Below, piece after piece: positions 48,506 through 58,700 of a stretch of 64,000 nt of DNA. This DNA comes from an uncultured Caulobacterales bacterium. Its GTDB lineage: Bacteria; Pseudomonadota; Alphaproteobacteria; Caulobacterales; Maricaulaceae. How positions within the stretch are numbered: the stretch's first letter is position 1; every line of letters begins with the position of its first letter. The notes below the pieces were generated by a model. It did not search any database. It was given only the letters and a program-made list of their open reading frames with translations, and had not been told where the DNA came from. The position numbers and the translations under genes were made by a program. Where the stretch lies: positions 4,923 to 68,922 of the forward strand of contig CAKZTE010000085.1 in assembly GCA_937923115.1 (NCBI GenBank). Direction: 5' to 3'.

Positions 48506-48919
48506 ATGGAAACCGCCCTCAATAGTCTTGCTGCTGGTCTGCCTTGGCTTATCTTTTACCTTATTGTTGTCACCATCATTTATATTGCTGGTATTGTTAT
48601 CTACGTGCGCTTAACCCCGCATAAGGAACTTGCGCTGGTTCAAGAAGGCAATATGGCCGCGGCCATTTCCTTCTCAGCGCTTGTTGTCGGCTTAGCCCTA
48701 CCTCTAGCCGCCTGTCTGGTTAACAAATTTGGCCTGATTGACGTTGCGATTTGGGGCACTGTCAGCCTGTTTTTACAGCTTTTTTTGTTTCGGATTACGG
48801 ACGCTATTTTTCGCGGTATGCCAGAGCGTATTGAAGCCAATGAAGTGCCCGCTGCGACTGTATTGGCGGCCTTTAAGCTCTCAGGTTCCCTCATTCTTGC
48901 TGTTGCGATCATAGGTTAA
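48506..48919 (+). CDS. DUF350 membrane protein
   Basis: IY.RLTPHKELALV.EGN.AAA; four TM segments. Confidence 0.88.
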   Translation: METALNSLAAGLPWLIFYLIVVTIIYIAGIVIYVRLTPHKELALVQEGNMAAAISFSALVVGLALPLAACLVNKFGLIDVAIWGTVSLFLQLFLFRITDAIFRGMPERIEANEVPAATVLAAFKLSGSLILAVAIIG

Positions 48920-48922
48920 GCG

Positions 48923-49720
48923 GTGCGGTTTCGGATACCTGATTGGGCTATCTATTTCCTGATTGTCTTTTTATTTTACGTGAACGCCGTGAATGTCACG
49001 CCTGATCTTGAGGGCAGTGTGCCGCCGCCTGACCTAGGACCAATGATGCCAAGCGAAAGTCCGCGCGATACAACCGTCTTGGTTGAAATGGACGTACCTG
49101 CCTCTGGTATTGGGACCGCCTTTGCCGTGGATAAATCAGGAACATGGCTGACCGCCCGCCACGTTATTGATGGCTGCGATGAAGTCGGTCTTAATCTTGG
49201 TAACGGCAAAGTCATCCGCGCCGACTCGCGCGTTTCGAATGATACCGATATTGGTATTCTAAACACACGCTGGAAACGAGAGCCGCTTCCCAGCGATATT
49301 TCTAGCAGCCGAAGAATTGGTGAACACGGCTATTTTTTTGGGTTTCCGCAAGGGCGTCCCGGCGAGGCCGTAGCCGCCTTATTGGGACGGCACCGCTTAA
49401 TGGTGCGCGGACGCTACCGCACCGAAGAAGCCATACTCGCGTGGACAGAAGTTGGCCGCACGCGCGGGCTAAGAGGCACACTTGGCGGCATGAGCGGCGG
49501 CCCTGTTTTAGATCTGGACGGCGAAGTTATCGGCATAGTTGCGGCGGAGAGCCCGCGCCGCGGTCGCATATATTCCGTTGCGCCAAGCTCACTCAAAGGC
49601 GTGCTTCCTGCAATCATTACAGACGGAGCGAACGCCATTAGCGATGACAGCTATGGTCTTGAGGCGGATAAACTGAGACGCCAGCGCCGCATCGCCCAAG
49701 TCATTTGCGTCGTAAATTAG
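48923..49720 (+). CDS. Trypsin-like serine protease
   Basis: GTAF..WLTARHV; DIG; GGMSGGP. Confidence 0.9.
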   Translation: MRFRIPDWAIYFLIVFLFYVNAVNVTPDLEGSVPPPDLGPMMPSESPRDTTVLVEMDVPASGIGTAFAVDKSGTWLTARHVIDGCDEVGLNLGNGKVIRADSRVSNDTDIGILNTRWKREPLPSDISSSRRIGEHGYFFGFPQGRPGEAVAALLGRHRLMVRGRYRTEEAILAWTEVGRTRGLRGTLGGMSGGPVLDLDGEVIGIVAAESPRRGRIYSVAPSSLKGVLPAIITDGANAISDDSYGLEADKLRRQRRIAQVICVVN

Positions 49721-49738
49721 AACACTTTAGCAAGCCCT

Positions 49739-50530
49739 ATGACCCTAGAGCGATTCAAACGAAAGTGGCGTCTTTTCATATCAGATAAAGTCCGCTGGAG
49801 GCGCGACCTCAGACTTTTTTCAAAAGTGCTGCGCGGGCTGACACTTATCGCGCTTTTTCTGGCTATGGGATATCTTGCCAATCGTTATGTTCCGACGCAA
49901 CATTTAGCGTGGCGCGCCCTCAATGTTGACGCGCCCATAGGGTTATCAACGAAACTTCAGCTCATGCGCGTGTCCCTCTCCCCGTCCTCAAACTGTATGG
50001 CTCTTGCCCGGGGAGCAGAGGCCATGAACTCTATACCGGCGGATCCGCTGGACGGGGATGGTCCGTGCGGATGGACTGTTGCGCGGCTGATGTACGGCAC
50101 GGATACGGTGACCCTCGCGCCCGGTGAAGCGACTTTGCAATGCCCACTTGCGCTGGGGCAATATATGTGGCTACGCGAAGTGGATAAAGCCGCTGTAGAG
50201 CATTTGGGCAGCGGCGTCGCCAAATTACATCATGCGGGCAGTTACAGTTGTCGCCGCCAGCGCGGGAATAACTCAGGCGCTTGGTCGGAACATGCTTTTG
50301 CCAATGCTCTTGATGTGACAGGATTTACCCTAAACGATGGGCGTACCATTTCCGTTTTAAAGGATTGGACAGGCACGAACGCGGTGGACAAAGCTGCGCG
50401 GCGCAAATTCCTAAGAGAGGCGCGTGACAAAGGCTGCGGCATATTTCGCGTCACCCTGAGCCCTGATTATAATGCCGCCCATAGGGACCATTTTCACTTT
50501 GATATGGGGCCATCATCAAGCTGTCGATAA
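49739..50530 (+). CDS. Extensin-like family protein
   Basis: GSYSCR; SEHAFANALD; LSPDYNAAHRDHFHFD. Confidence 0.9.
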   Translation: MTLERFKRKWRLFISDKVRWRRDLRLFSKVLRGLTLIALFLAMGYLANRYVPTQHLAWRALNVDAPIGLSTKLQLMRVSLSPSSNCMALARGAEAMNSIPADPLDGDGPCGWTVARLMYGTDTVTLAPGEATLQCPLALGQYMWLREVDKAAVEHLGSGVAKLHHAGSYSCRRQRGNNSGAWSEHAFANALDVTGFTLNDGRTISVLKDWTGTNAVDKAARRKFLREARDKGCGIFRVTLSPDYNAAHRDHFHFDMGPSSSCR

Positions 50531-50561
50531 GAGGCGCGGCATGCAGCCACTCGCCAAAGTC

Positions 50562-50577
50562 TTAAGTGCTTTCTAAC
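50562..50577 (+). promoter_or_regulatory. CtrA-type box upstream of the GNAT gene
   Basis: TTAA-GTGCTTT-CTAAC, 22 nt before the ATG. Confidence 0.5.
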
Positions 50578-50599
50578 TCTTTTTTGCTAGAGGAGCGCC

Positions 50600-51772
50600 A
50601 TGTTAGCTAAAGGTAAAAACGGGCAGCCCCCTCGCGCAAGCGCCGCGCCGGCGTTTTCTATAAAACGGCCCGGAGAATTAACCCTGCCCGAACGCCAAGC
50701 ATGGGTGCATTTGCGCAGTAAAAACCCTGCTTTATACAGCCCCTATTTTGATATCAGCTATACCGATCACGTCGCCGCCCTGCGTAGCGATACCTATGTT
50801 GCCATGGCGCAGCGTGGCGGGCAGATCACCGCCTTTTTGCCTTATCAAAGCGCTGGAAAATTTGCCGCCCCAATTGGCGCGCCCATGACAGATTATCATG
50901 GGGTTATCAAAGCTGCAGATGAACCGCTTGACGCGGCGACCCTCTTGCAAGCGGCAGGTTTGGGCGCCTTCAACTTTAATTCACTGATTGATACGCCGTC
51001 AGAGGACGCGCCGTCAGAACCCACTGTGCGCTCACAGCACCAAGCCGCCGTAATGGATGTCTCAAAAGGGGCAGAAGCGTGGCGAAGCGAGCGCGATGGC
51101 AGCTATCGCCGTAGCTTGAAATCATTGCGCCGCCGTATTCGCAATGCCGAATCCGAGATTGGTCCGCGCCGCTTTGTCTACCGCAGCAAAGATCAAGACA
51201 TCTTTGACACGCTTATGGCATGGAAGCGAGAGCAGTTCACCACAACAGGAAAATATGACGTTCTGTCTGCCGGCTGGACACATGACCTTTTGGAGCGTCT
51301 GTGGAAAGCTCCTGAGAGGGAGCTACATTGCGAGCTTCACGCGCTCTATTTCGGAAATACTTTGGCTGCAATCGATTTTGGGCTAACGGATGGTTCCACC
51401 TACCATAGCTGGATCGTGGCCTATGACAATGATGTCTCCACCTATTCCCCTGGCATTCAATTACTCGAAGGCCTTATCGATGAGGCCGCCGCGCTGGGGT
51501 ATAAAAAGATTGATCTGGGCGCAGGCACGGATGGCTATAAGAAGAATTACGCAACGGACACGCTGGCCGTAAAAGAGGGCTTTATCGCCATGCAAGGCGC
51601 AGCAGGGACGATGCTATCTTTATACGGCAAAGCGGAAGTGTTGGGGGAAGAAAAAATGTCTGACTTACCCGGGAAAATGCGCCGCCGCTTTACGCAGATC
51701 GCTAATTGCGACCCGAGTTTTGCAGGCCGCGCCAAGGCTATGATTGACGCGGTTCTGGCGTCGCGGAAATAA
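50600..51772 (+). CDS. GNAT N-acyltransferase, CelD/BcsL (HfsK-like) family
   Basis: SPYF; PIGAPMTDYHG; AYD....YSPGI.LL; DLGAG..GYK. Confidence 0.85.
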   Translation: MLAKGKNGQPPRASAAPAFSIKRPGELTLPERQAWVHLRSKNPALYSPYFDISYTDHVAALRSDTYVAMAQRGGQITAFLPYQSAGKFAAPIGAPMTDYHGVIKAADEPLDAATLLQAAGLGAFNFNSLIDTPSEDAPSEPTVRSQHQAAVMDVSKGAEAWRSERDGSYRRSLKSLRRRIRNAESEIGPRRFVYRSKDQDIFDTLMAWKREQFTTTGKYDVLSAGWTHDLLERLWKAPERELHCELHALYFGNTLAAIDFGLTDGSTYHSWIVAYDNDVSTYSPGIQLLEGLIDEAAALGYKKIDLGAGTDGYKKNYATDTLAVKEGFIAMQGAAGTMLSLYGKAEVLGEEKMSDLPGKMRRRFTQIANCDPSFAGRAKAMIDAVLASRK

Positions 51773-51797
51773 AAAACCCGCCGTTAAGGCGGGTTTT
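51771..51797. terminator. Bidirectional intrinsic terminator
   Basis: AAAAAACCCGCC-GTTAA-GGCGGGTTTT between convergent genes. Confidence 0.9.
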
Positions 51798-51800
51798 ATT

Positions 51801-53876
51801 TTACCAAATGCGAACCCGCTTTTCAGGCGGCAAATAAAGCGCGTCGCCTGGCTGCACATTAAAAGCCTCATACCACGCATCGAAATTGCGTACGATGCCA
51901 TTGGCGCGGAACTCGCCAGGACTATGCGGTCCGTTTTTAACTTGCGTGCGCAAGGCCTCTTCGCGGAACTTACGTTGCCAAATTTGCCCATAGGCCAAGA
52001 AGAAGCGCTGATCACCCGTTAGGCCATCAATCACCGGAGCCTCCTTGCCGCCCAAGGAACGGCGGTAGGCTTTATAGGCCATAGTGATACCCGTCAGGTC
52101 ACCAATGTTTTCACCAAGGGTTAGGCGGCCGTTCAGGTTAAGGCCGGGAAGCGGTTCAAATTCGCTATATTGTGCTGCGAGCTTGGCGGCCCGTTCCTCA
52201 TAGGCTTTGCCGTCCTCTTCGGTCCACCAATCGCGCTGCTCGCCATTGCCGTCTGTTTTGCGGCCTTGGTCATCAAAGCCGTGGCCCATTTCATGTCCAA
52301 TCACCGCGCCAATACCACCATAATTTACCGCCGGATCAGCGTTCGGGTCAAAGAATGGCGGTTGCAAAATAGCAGCAGGAAAGACGATTTCATTGAGCGA
52401 TGGGCGGTAATAGGCATTGACCGTTTGCGGATTCATGCCCCATTCGCCGCGGTCAATCGGGCCGCCTAGCTTGGATATCATGTCTTCCCATTGCCAAGCA
52501 TTGGCTGATTTGACCGTGCCGATGAGATCGTTTCTATCGACCTTAAGCCCGCTATAGTCCGTCCACTCGTCAGGATACCCAATCTTAGGGTTAAACTTTG
52601 CGAGCTTGTCCTGAGCTTGGACTTTCGTGTCTTCCCCCATCCATTCAAGATTATCAATGCCGTCCTTAAAGGCTGCGCGTAGGTTTTCAACCAGTGCGTC
52701 CATTTGCTGTTTGCTGTCCTCTGGGAAATATTTGGTGACGTAAACCTTGCCCACCATTTCGCCCATGAAGCCGTCAATCTGAGAAACAGCGCGTTTCCAG
52801 CGGTCCCGCTGAACTTCTGTCCCGCGAAGAGCGCGGCTGTAAAAGTCAAAACGCGCATCGTCAATTTCGGACGGCAGATAAGACGCCATACTGCCGACAT
52901 AGCTTGCGCTCATATAATCACGAATGACGTCGAGATCCGTTTCGCCAAATGTCTTGGCTAGGCCTTGAATGGCATCATTTTGGCGCACAACAAAGCTGGT
53001 TTGCGTGCCAAGACCAGCTGTTTCCAGCATAGAGTCCCACGGAAAACCTTTAGCGTAGTCCTTAAGCTCGGCCTTGGTCATCTTGTTATAGGTCAGGCTG
53101 CGATTGCGGGATTTCTCATTTGTCCAGTGCGACTTCGCCATCGCCGTTTCAAAGGCCATCACCTTTTCAGCCCGCGCGCGCGGATTATCACGCCCCGCAA
53201 AGGTAAGCATTTTTTCAAGATAATCGACATAGGCCGCCCGCAGCGCCTCTGACTTTTCACCCTCGTCGAAATAGAAGTCACGATTAGGCATGCCAAGGCC
53301 GCTCTGGCCCATATAGAAAATATAGTTCTCAATGTCTTTGACATCGACATCAACCCATCCGCCCACGGGGGCGCGAATGCCTAAACGTGGATCGCCCATC
53401 AAAGCCGCCGCTTCGGCACGCGATGCTGTATTCGCGATTGTTTCCAGGTCGCCCATAATCGGCGCGAGGCCCGCAGCATTAATCGCATCAACATCCATAT
53501 AGGCCGCATAAAAGTCGCCAATCTTTTGCTCCTCTGAACCCTCGGGCGCAGATGTCGCGGAGGCGGCCTCGATGATGCCTCTAACGCGCTCGCTAGAAAG
53601 ATCCGCGAGAATGTTAAAGCTGCCGTAATTAGACTTATCGGCAGGAATCTCTGTGTTATCGAGCCATGTGCCGTTTACATATTGGAAGAAGTTATCGCCA
53701 GGCTTGACCGACTTATCCATATTTTCCAATGCAACGCCGAAGCTGCCAAGCTTGGCTGTTTGCGGCGCGGCCTGTGAGGCGGGCGCGTTTGTGTTGCTGT
53801 CCGCGCTTGGCTGGCAGGCCGCTAGGGATAGCGTTAGCGCAAGACAGCTCGCGCCTAGAATATATTTCAAAGTCAT
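51801..53876 (-). CDS. M13 (neprilysin/PepO-like) metallopeptidase lipoprotein
   Basis: LAAC lipobox; VNAYY; FPAAILQPPFF; HEMGH; GENIGD; PHSP. Confidence 0.96.
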   Translation of the reverse strand: MTLKYILGASCLALTLSLAACQPSADSNTNAPASQAAPQTAKLGSFGVALENMDKSVKPGDNFFQYVNGTWLDNTEIPADKSNYGSFNILADLSSERVRGIIEAASATSAPEGSEEQKIGDFYAAYMDVDAINAAGLAPIMGDLETIANTASRAEAAALMGDPRLGIRAPVGGWVDVDVKDIENYIFYMGQSGLGMPNRDFYFDEGEKSEALRAAYVDYLEKMLTFAGRDNPRARAEKVMAFETAMAKSHWTNEKSRNRSLTYNKMTKAELKDYAKGFPWDSMLETAGLGTQTSFVVRQNDAIQGLAKTFGETDLDVIRDYMSASYVGSMASYLPSEIDDARFDFYSRALRGTEVQRDRWKRAVSQIDGFMGEMVGKVYVTKYFPEDSKQQMDALVENLRAAFKDGIDNLEWMGEDTKVQAQDKLAKFNPKIGYPDEWTDYSGLKVDRNDLIGTVKSANAWQWEDMISKLGGPIDRGEWGMNPQTVNAYYRPSLNEIVFPAAILQPPFFDPNADPAVNYGGIGAVIGHEMGHGFDDQGRKTDGNGEQRDWWTEEDGKAYEERAAKLAAQYSEFEPLPGLNLNGRLTLGENIGDLTGITMAYKAYRRSLGGKEAPVIDGLTGDQRFFLAYGQIWQRKFREEALRTQVKNGPHSPGEFRANGIVRNFDAWYEAFNVQPGDALYLPPEKRVRIW

Positions 53877-53933
53877 AATAACCCTCAGTTTACGTTTAAA
53901 GTCAGTGTTTCAAAGTGATTTTTTCAAAGTCAA

Positions 53934-56900
53934 TTATTCCGCTGGCACGGCTGAGCCAAGCTTACCGTTTTGATCGCCTAACGCTTCGTCCAAGTCGAGC
54001 TCATCAAGGGCAAGCTGAATTTTTGGATCATAAGTAGAGCCAAGCGGCGGCTGTTTCTCGCCTGTCCAAAGACCTTTGAACAAACGCCCAACATCCACGC
54101 CCATAGCAAACATAGCAGGGACGAGGAAGAGCGTCAGGAAGAAGTCAAACAAAACGCCAAAGGCCAAAGCCACGACAAGCGGTTTTAGAAACTCAGCCTG
54201 CGCTGAATTTTCTGCAAGCATGGGCAGGATACCAACAAAGGTCGTCAGCGAAGTCAGCAAGATAGGCCGGAACCGCGCCACACAGGCATCAACCATGGAT
54301 TGATACGCGCCGACGCCGCGGTCACGCAAGCGGTTCACATAATCGATTAAGACAAGATTATCGTTAATCGCCACGCCCGCTGCAGCAAAGAAGCCAAAAA
54401 TGGACATGAAGGAGATGGGAATACCCGTCACCAGCGCGCCTGCCACCATACCCACATAAGCAAATGGGATGGCCACAAGAATAAGCAGCGGTTGAAAATA
54501 GCTCTTAAACGCAATGGCTAACATCATATACATTATGACAAGCACAATCGCGCCATAAGAGAAGAGCTCTGCGAACTGACGCTTTTGTTCTTCGTCTTGG
54601 CCAACCAAAATGCGTTCAGCATCAGGAAAGCGGATATTCCATTCCGGCAAGAAATTTTCTTCAAGGTCCGTCATGATCTCTTGCCGCGCGCCGTCGCCGC
54701 CGCGCACCACAGCGCCCGTATAGGCCACCTGTTTGCGGTCACGGCGGTTAATCCGCGTGACCCCCGGAGCGAAGGTCACATCCGCCACTTCAAACAAAGG
54801 CACCTCAACGCCCGTGGCCGTACGAATACGTAAGTTTTTGAGCGTATCAATGCTTTCGCGCGCTTCTTTAGGGTAGCGCACAACCACGCGGACATCCTCG
54901 CCGTTACGCGGCAGACGCTGCACTTCACGGCCAAAGAAAGCTTCGCGAACCTGCTGGGATACGGTTGCCAATGTGATGCCAAGCGACTCAGCGCCGGGCT
55001 TAAGTTCGAACTGCATCTCCTGCGCGGAGCTTTCAAAATTATCCCACGTGCGCGCAACACTCGAATAGGCGTCAAATTGATTTTTCAAGTCTTCGATTGC
55101 AAGCCGCAATGTTTCAGGAGTTTTTGCGCCAACACCGAAGAACAATCCCCGGTTTCCGCCGCCGCTACCGCCTGCGTTAATCGAGACGCGATAAGCATCA
55201 GGAAATTCGCCGAGATACCCTTCGAACTTTTCTTCAATCATCTTATTTGTGACGGTTGTACGATCCTCTAGCGGGGCGAGTCCCATAAAGGCTTGGACCC
55301 GGTTACCCGAGGCAAAACTGCCGGGGCTTGGGATAACAACGTAATCCACGCCGAAGTCTTCCTTAGCATTTTCATTAAGATCTGCGGCGGCCTGTGCGAG
55401 CTGCTTTTGTGCCTGCGAGAGACGAGAGAACGGCGTGCCTTCGGGAAAAGATATGCTCACTTGCATCATATCCCCCGCAACATTTCCGTCCGGACTGTAG
55501 TTGGCGTAACCATATTTTACAGCGCCAAAGGCTAAAATAAAGAGGGCGATAAAACTGGAGAAGGTCGCGTAACGATATTTAATGCAAAAGGCCGCAAGAG
55601 GACGGAAATAATTCTCAGAAAAATCAACAAGGCTTTGCGAAATTTTATTTTGCAATATTGTGAGACGGTTTTTTGATTTTTTGTCGGTCGGCTGCATATG
55701 GCTCAAGTGGGCGGGCAGAATGAAGAACGCTTCGACGAGCGAGAACAATAACGCGCCAATAACAACAAAGGTAATTTGCGAGGTAATTGTCACAGCCGAG
55801 ACGCTTAGTAGCGCCCAAGGGGTAAAGGCGAGCATGGTTGTTAACACGGCAAAGAAGACGGGTTTGGCCACCATATTTGCGCCGGCAATCGCGCCGCGCT
55901 GTCCTGCGACGCCGTTTTCGACGTGCAAATGAATAGACTCGCCCACGACAATCGCGTCATCAACAATGATCCCGATAACCAGCAAAAAGGCGAAGACGGA
56001 GAAAATATTAAAGGTAATACCCAGCACAGGCGCAATGGCAAGCGCGCCTGTAAAAGCTGTTAAGATACCAATGCTCACCCAAAGGGCCACTTTGGGGCGC
56101 AAGAACAAGCACAGGAAAATGAGTACAAGCACCATTCCCAAAAGGGCATTGCTAAAGATTAGCGACATCATACCGCCAAATCCGTCCGCCATATTCGCCC
56201 ACATTTGGAGCTGTATCCCGGGCGGTAACGTCTTATTGCGTTCCTCAATAAACTTCTCAAACGCCTTACCCGACCTTGTGATATTGGCCTTCTCTGGGGA
56301 GAGCACGCGCAGGAACATGGCGGGCTTGCCTTTGAACTCTGAATAGAAATCGAGGTCTTGGAAGCCGTCAATAACGCGGGCAATATCCTTAACACGCACT
56401 GTGCCGCCCTCTGCACTTTGGCGGATAATAATTTCTTCAAATTCCGATTTACTGTTAGCGAGATTTCGCGTGCGGAGCTGCAAACTACCGGCGGATGTTC
56501 TGACTTCGCCAGATGACGCGTTCAAAGACGCGCCCGAAATAGCTTGAGCCACTTGAGAAAAGGTCAGATTGAAGCGGCGTAGATCCTCTTCGGAAATCTC
56601 GATTGTGATTTCTTCGTCCAGCTTCGTGATCATTTGGGTCAATTCGCCGCCCGGCAATTTGGCCATTTCCTGCTCAAGATCAACCGCAAGGCGTTGCAGC
56701 TCTTTGCGGTCGGTACCTTCTTCGCCGTAAAGCGCGATATACATATAATCGATTTCAAAATCGCCCCGGCGGGTTGTCAGGCGAAAAGCATCTGGCGGGA
56801 GGTTATTAATACCGTCAACGCGCGCTTTAACTTCATCAAGCACGCGGTCATAATCAGCGGTCACAAGAACATGGACGGTGACGCTGCCGCTGCCTTCGCG

Positions 56901-57155
56901 CGCGCGTGCTTCAATGTAGTTAATGCCGTCAAGCCCCTCAACGGACTGTTCAATACGCGAAATGATTTGCTCTTGAATGTCATTCGGCGAAGCGCCGAGC
57001 CACGAACCAGAGACATTAATTGTTGTCACTTTGGGCGCAGGAATAAACTCACGTTCGAGTTTGAAAAACCCGAATATCCCCATCATGAAGATCGCCACCA
57101 TCAAAAGATTGGCCGCGATAGAGTTTTTGACCCACCAGGAAATTAAGCTCTTCAT
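53934..57155 (-). CDS. RND efflux permease
   Basis: 1073 aa, two large periplasmic loops; GIIVDDAIVVGE; RFRPILLTSLTT. Confidence 0.95.
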   Translation of the reverse strand: MKSLISWWVKNSIAANLLMVAIFMMGIFGFFKLEREFIPAPKVTTINVSGSWLGASPNDIQEQIISRIEQSVEGLDGINYIEARAREGSGSVTVHVLVTADYDRVLDEVKARVDGINNLPPDAFRLTTRRGDFEIDYMYIALYGEEGTDRKELQRLAVDLEQEMAKLPGGELTQMITKLDEEITIEISEEDLRRFNLTFSQVAQAISGASLNASSGEVRTSAGSLQLRTRNLANSKSEFEEIIIRQSAEGGTVRVKDIARVIDGFQDLDFYSEFKGKPAMFLRVLSPEKANITRSGKAFEKFIEERNKTLPPGIQLQMWANMADGFGGMMSLIFSNALLGMVLVLIFLCLFLRPKVALWVSIGILTAFTGALAIAPVLGITFNIFSVFAFLLVIGIIVDDAIVVGESIHLHVENGVAGQRGAIAGANMVAKPVFFAVLTTMLAFTPWALLSVSAVTITSQITFVVIGALLFSLVEAFFILPAHLSHMQPTDKKSKNRLTILQNKISQSLVDFSENYFRPLAAFCIKYRYATFSSFIALFILAFGAVKYGYANYSPDGNVAGDMMQVSISFPEGTPFSRLSQAQKQLAQAAADLNENAKEDFGVDYVVIPSPGSFASGNRVQAFMGLAPLEDRTTVTNKMIEEKFEGYLGEFPDAYRVSINAGGSGGGNRGLFFGVGAKTPETLRLAIEDLKNQFDAYSSVARTWDNFESSAQEMQFELKPGAESLGITLATVSQQVREAFFGREVQRLPRNGEDVRVVVRYPKEARESIDTLKNLRIRTATGVEVPLFEVADVTFAPGVTRINRRDRKQVAYTGAVVRGGDGARQEIMTDLEENFLPEWNIRFPDAERILVGQDEEQKRQFAELFSYGAIVLVIMYMMLAIAFKSYFQPLLILVAIPFAYVGMVAGALVTGIPISFMSIFGFFAAAGVAINDNLVLIDYVNRLRDRGVGAYQSMVDACVARFRPILLTSLTTFVGILPMLAENSAQAEFLKPLVVALAFGVLFDFFLTLFLVPAMFAMGVDVGRLFKGLWTGEKQPPLGSTYDPKIQLALDELDLDEALGDQNGKLGSAVPAE

Positions 57156-58600
57156 GGTTTACTTCCTTCTGCTGCCTCAGCCCCGTCCTTGCGCTCGGTT
57201 TGGTCTTTCTTAAGCGGCTTCTTCGCCTCGCCCTCTTTGTCGCTATCGTCTTTTTTCTTGCGGCCAAACCAGCCTTTTTTCTCAGGCTCTTTCTCGCCCG
57301 CCGCCTCGTCCGCTTCTTTCTTTTTCATCCAGTCCGGTTTTGGCGGCTCTATGATAACCTTTGACGGGTCGTTCGCATCTAGTACTTTGAATTTTAGCGA
57401 AATTTGAGATTTTTCGAGCGGCGAAATAATCACATACTCTCCTGGCTCTACGCCGCTGGCAATAACGGCGCGCTCTGCATTTGTATCAAGCACCACCGCG
57501 TCGCGTGATTGCGCCTCGCCTTTGTCATCAACAACATAAACTTTGTTTTCAGGACGCAAGCTATCGCGCGGAATGACGATCGCACTATCAATCTTACGGC
57601 CAACAATTTCCGCTGTCACGAAAAGGCCCGGCGGTAATGGAAATCCATCCGCAGACATGCCTTTCCCAAAGGGGTCCCTCACTTCTGCAATGGCGGATAT
57701 TGTACGAGTTTGCGGGTCAAACACGCCGTCTGTTCTAACAATTTCGCCGTTCCAGACGCGGCGCTCGCCTGCGATTATAGCCGAAAGCGTAACCTTGGGC
57801 TTTTTAACTTTGCTATCAGCGCTCATGGAGACAGGCAGTGCGAGACGCGTTAAATCTGCATCGTTGAGCGAGAGCGGAATTTCAATGGCTTCGGTTGAGA
57901 ACACGCGTGCCAGACGCGCGCCAGGACTGACAAATTGACCAATATCCGCAAAGCGCTCTTTGATACGACCATTAAACGGCGCGCGAACGATCGTCCGAGA
58001 GAGTTGAAGTTTTGCATTATCCAGGTCGGCAAGCGCTGATTTCAAGCTCGCCTCAGCTTCGGCCAATTGCGGTTTACGCAGGGTTAGCGCAGACGCCTGA
58101 CCGCCCCGCCCTAAATCTTTCCAGTCTTCAGCCGCAATTGCGCCTTCTGCTTTTTCGCGCACCACAAGCTGCTCGGCCCGAGCCACCGCCGCCTCCGCAC
58201 GCAATACCGCCACATCATAATCAGCTTGCTCGAGGCGCAGCAGGACATCGCCTTTGTTAAATTGACCGCCGGCCACAAATTGCCGCGAGACAAAGGTGAT
58301 TTTACCGCCAACTTGCGGGCTCATATCGACTTCGGTGCGCGGTCGCGTTTGTCCCTGTAATGACACATCAAGAACCACGGTATCTTGATAAGCGGGCACG
58401 GCCATAACAGCCAAAGTGGGGTCGCGGCGTTTTTGAACCTCAGGCTTTTTCTTGCCCGCTTTCATGGCGCCAAGCGCTAAAAAAGCAAAAACAAAAATCA
58501 AGATAGGCACAAGAATGACAAGTGCTTTGCGAAGAAACCCGCTTTTCTTTTTTGGGCCCATATTGGAATGCGCGGCCTTTGTGTTTTGTGTTGTGCTCAT
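57152..58600 (-). CDS. RND periplasmic adaptor (MFP)
   Basis: PQVGG lipoyl motif; helical hairpin; RAPFNG; DPQTRT; PGLFV. Confidence 0.93.
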   Translation of the reverse strand: MSTTQNTKAAHSNMGPKKKSGFLRKALVILVPILIFVFAFLALGAMKAGKKKPEVQKRRDPTLAVMAVPAYQDTVVLDVSLQGQTRPRTEVDMSPQVGGKITFVSRQFVAGGQFNKGDVLLRLEQADYDVAVLRAEAAVARAEQLVVREKAEGAIAAEDWKDLGRGGQASALTLRKPQLAEAEASLKSALADLDNAKLQLSRTIVRAPFNGRIKERFADIGQFVSPGARLARVFSTEAIEIPLSLNDADLTRLALPVSMSADSKVKKPKVTLSAIIAGERRVWNGEIVRTDGVFDPQTRTISAIAEVRDPFGKGMSADGFPLPPGLFVTAEIVGRKIDSAIVIPRDSLRPENKVYVVDDKGEAQSRDAVVLDTNAERAVIASGVEPGEYVIISPLEKSQISLKFKVLDANDPSKVIIEPPKPDWMKKKEADEAAGEKEPEKKGWFGRKKKDDSDKEGEAKKPLKKDQTERKDGAEAAEGSKP

Positions 58601-58700
58601 GACACTCTTTCATTTTTTGGAGTCTGGCCGTCGACAGCCGCTCCTGATATTAAATACGTTATAGAGCAACGCTACAGTTTGCGACACTCCTAAAGCGGGT

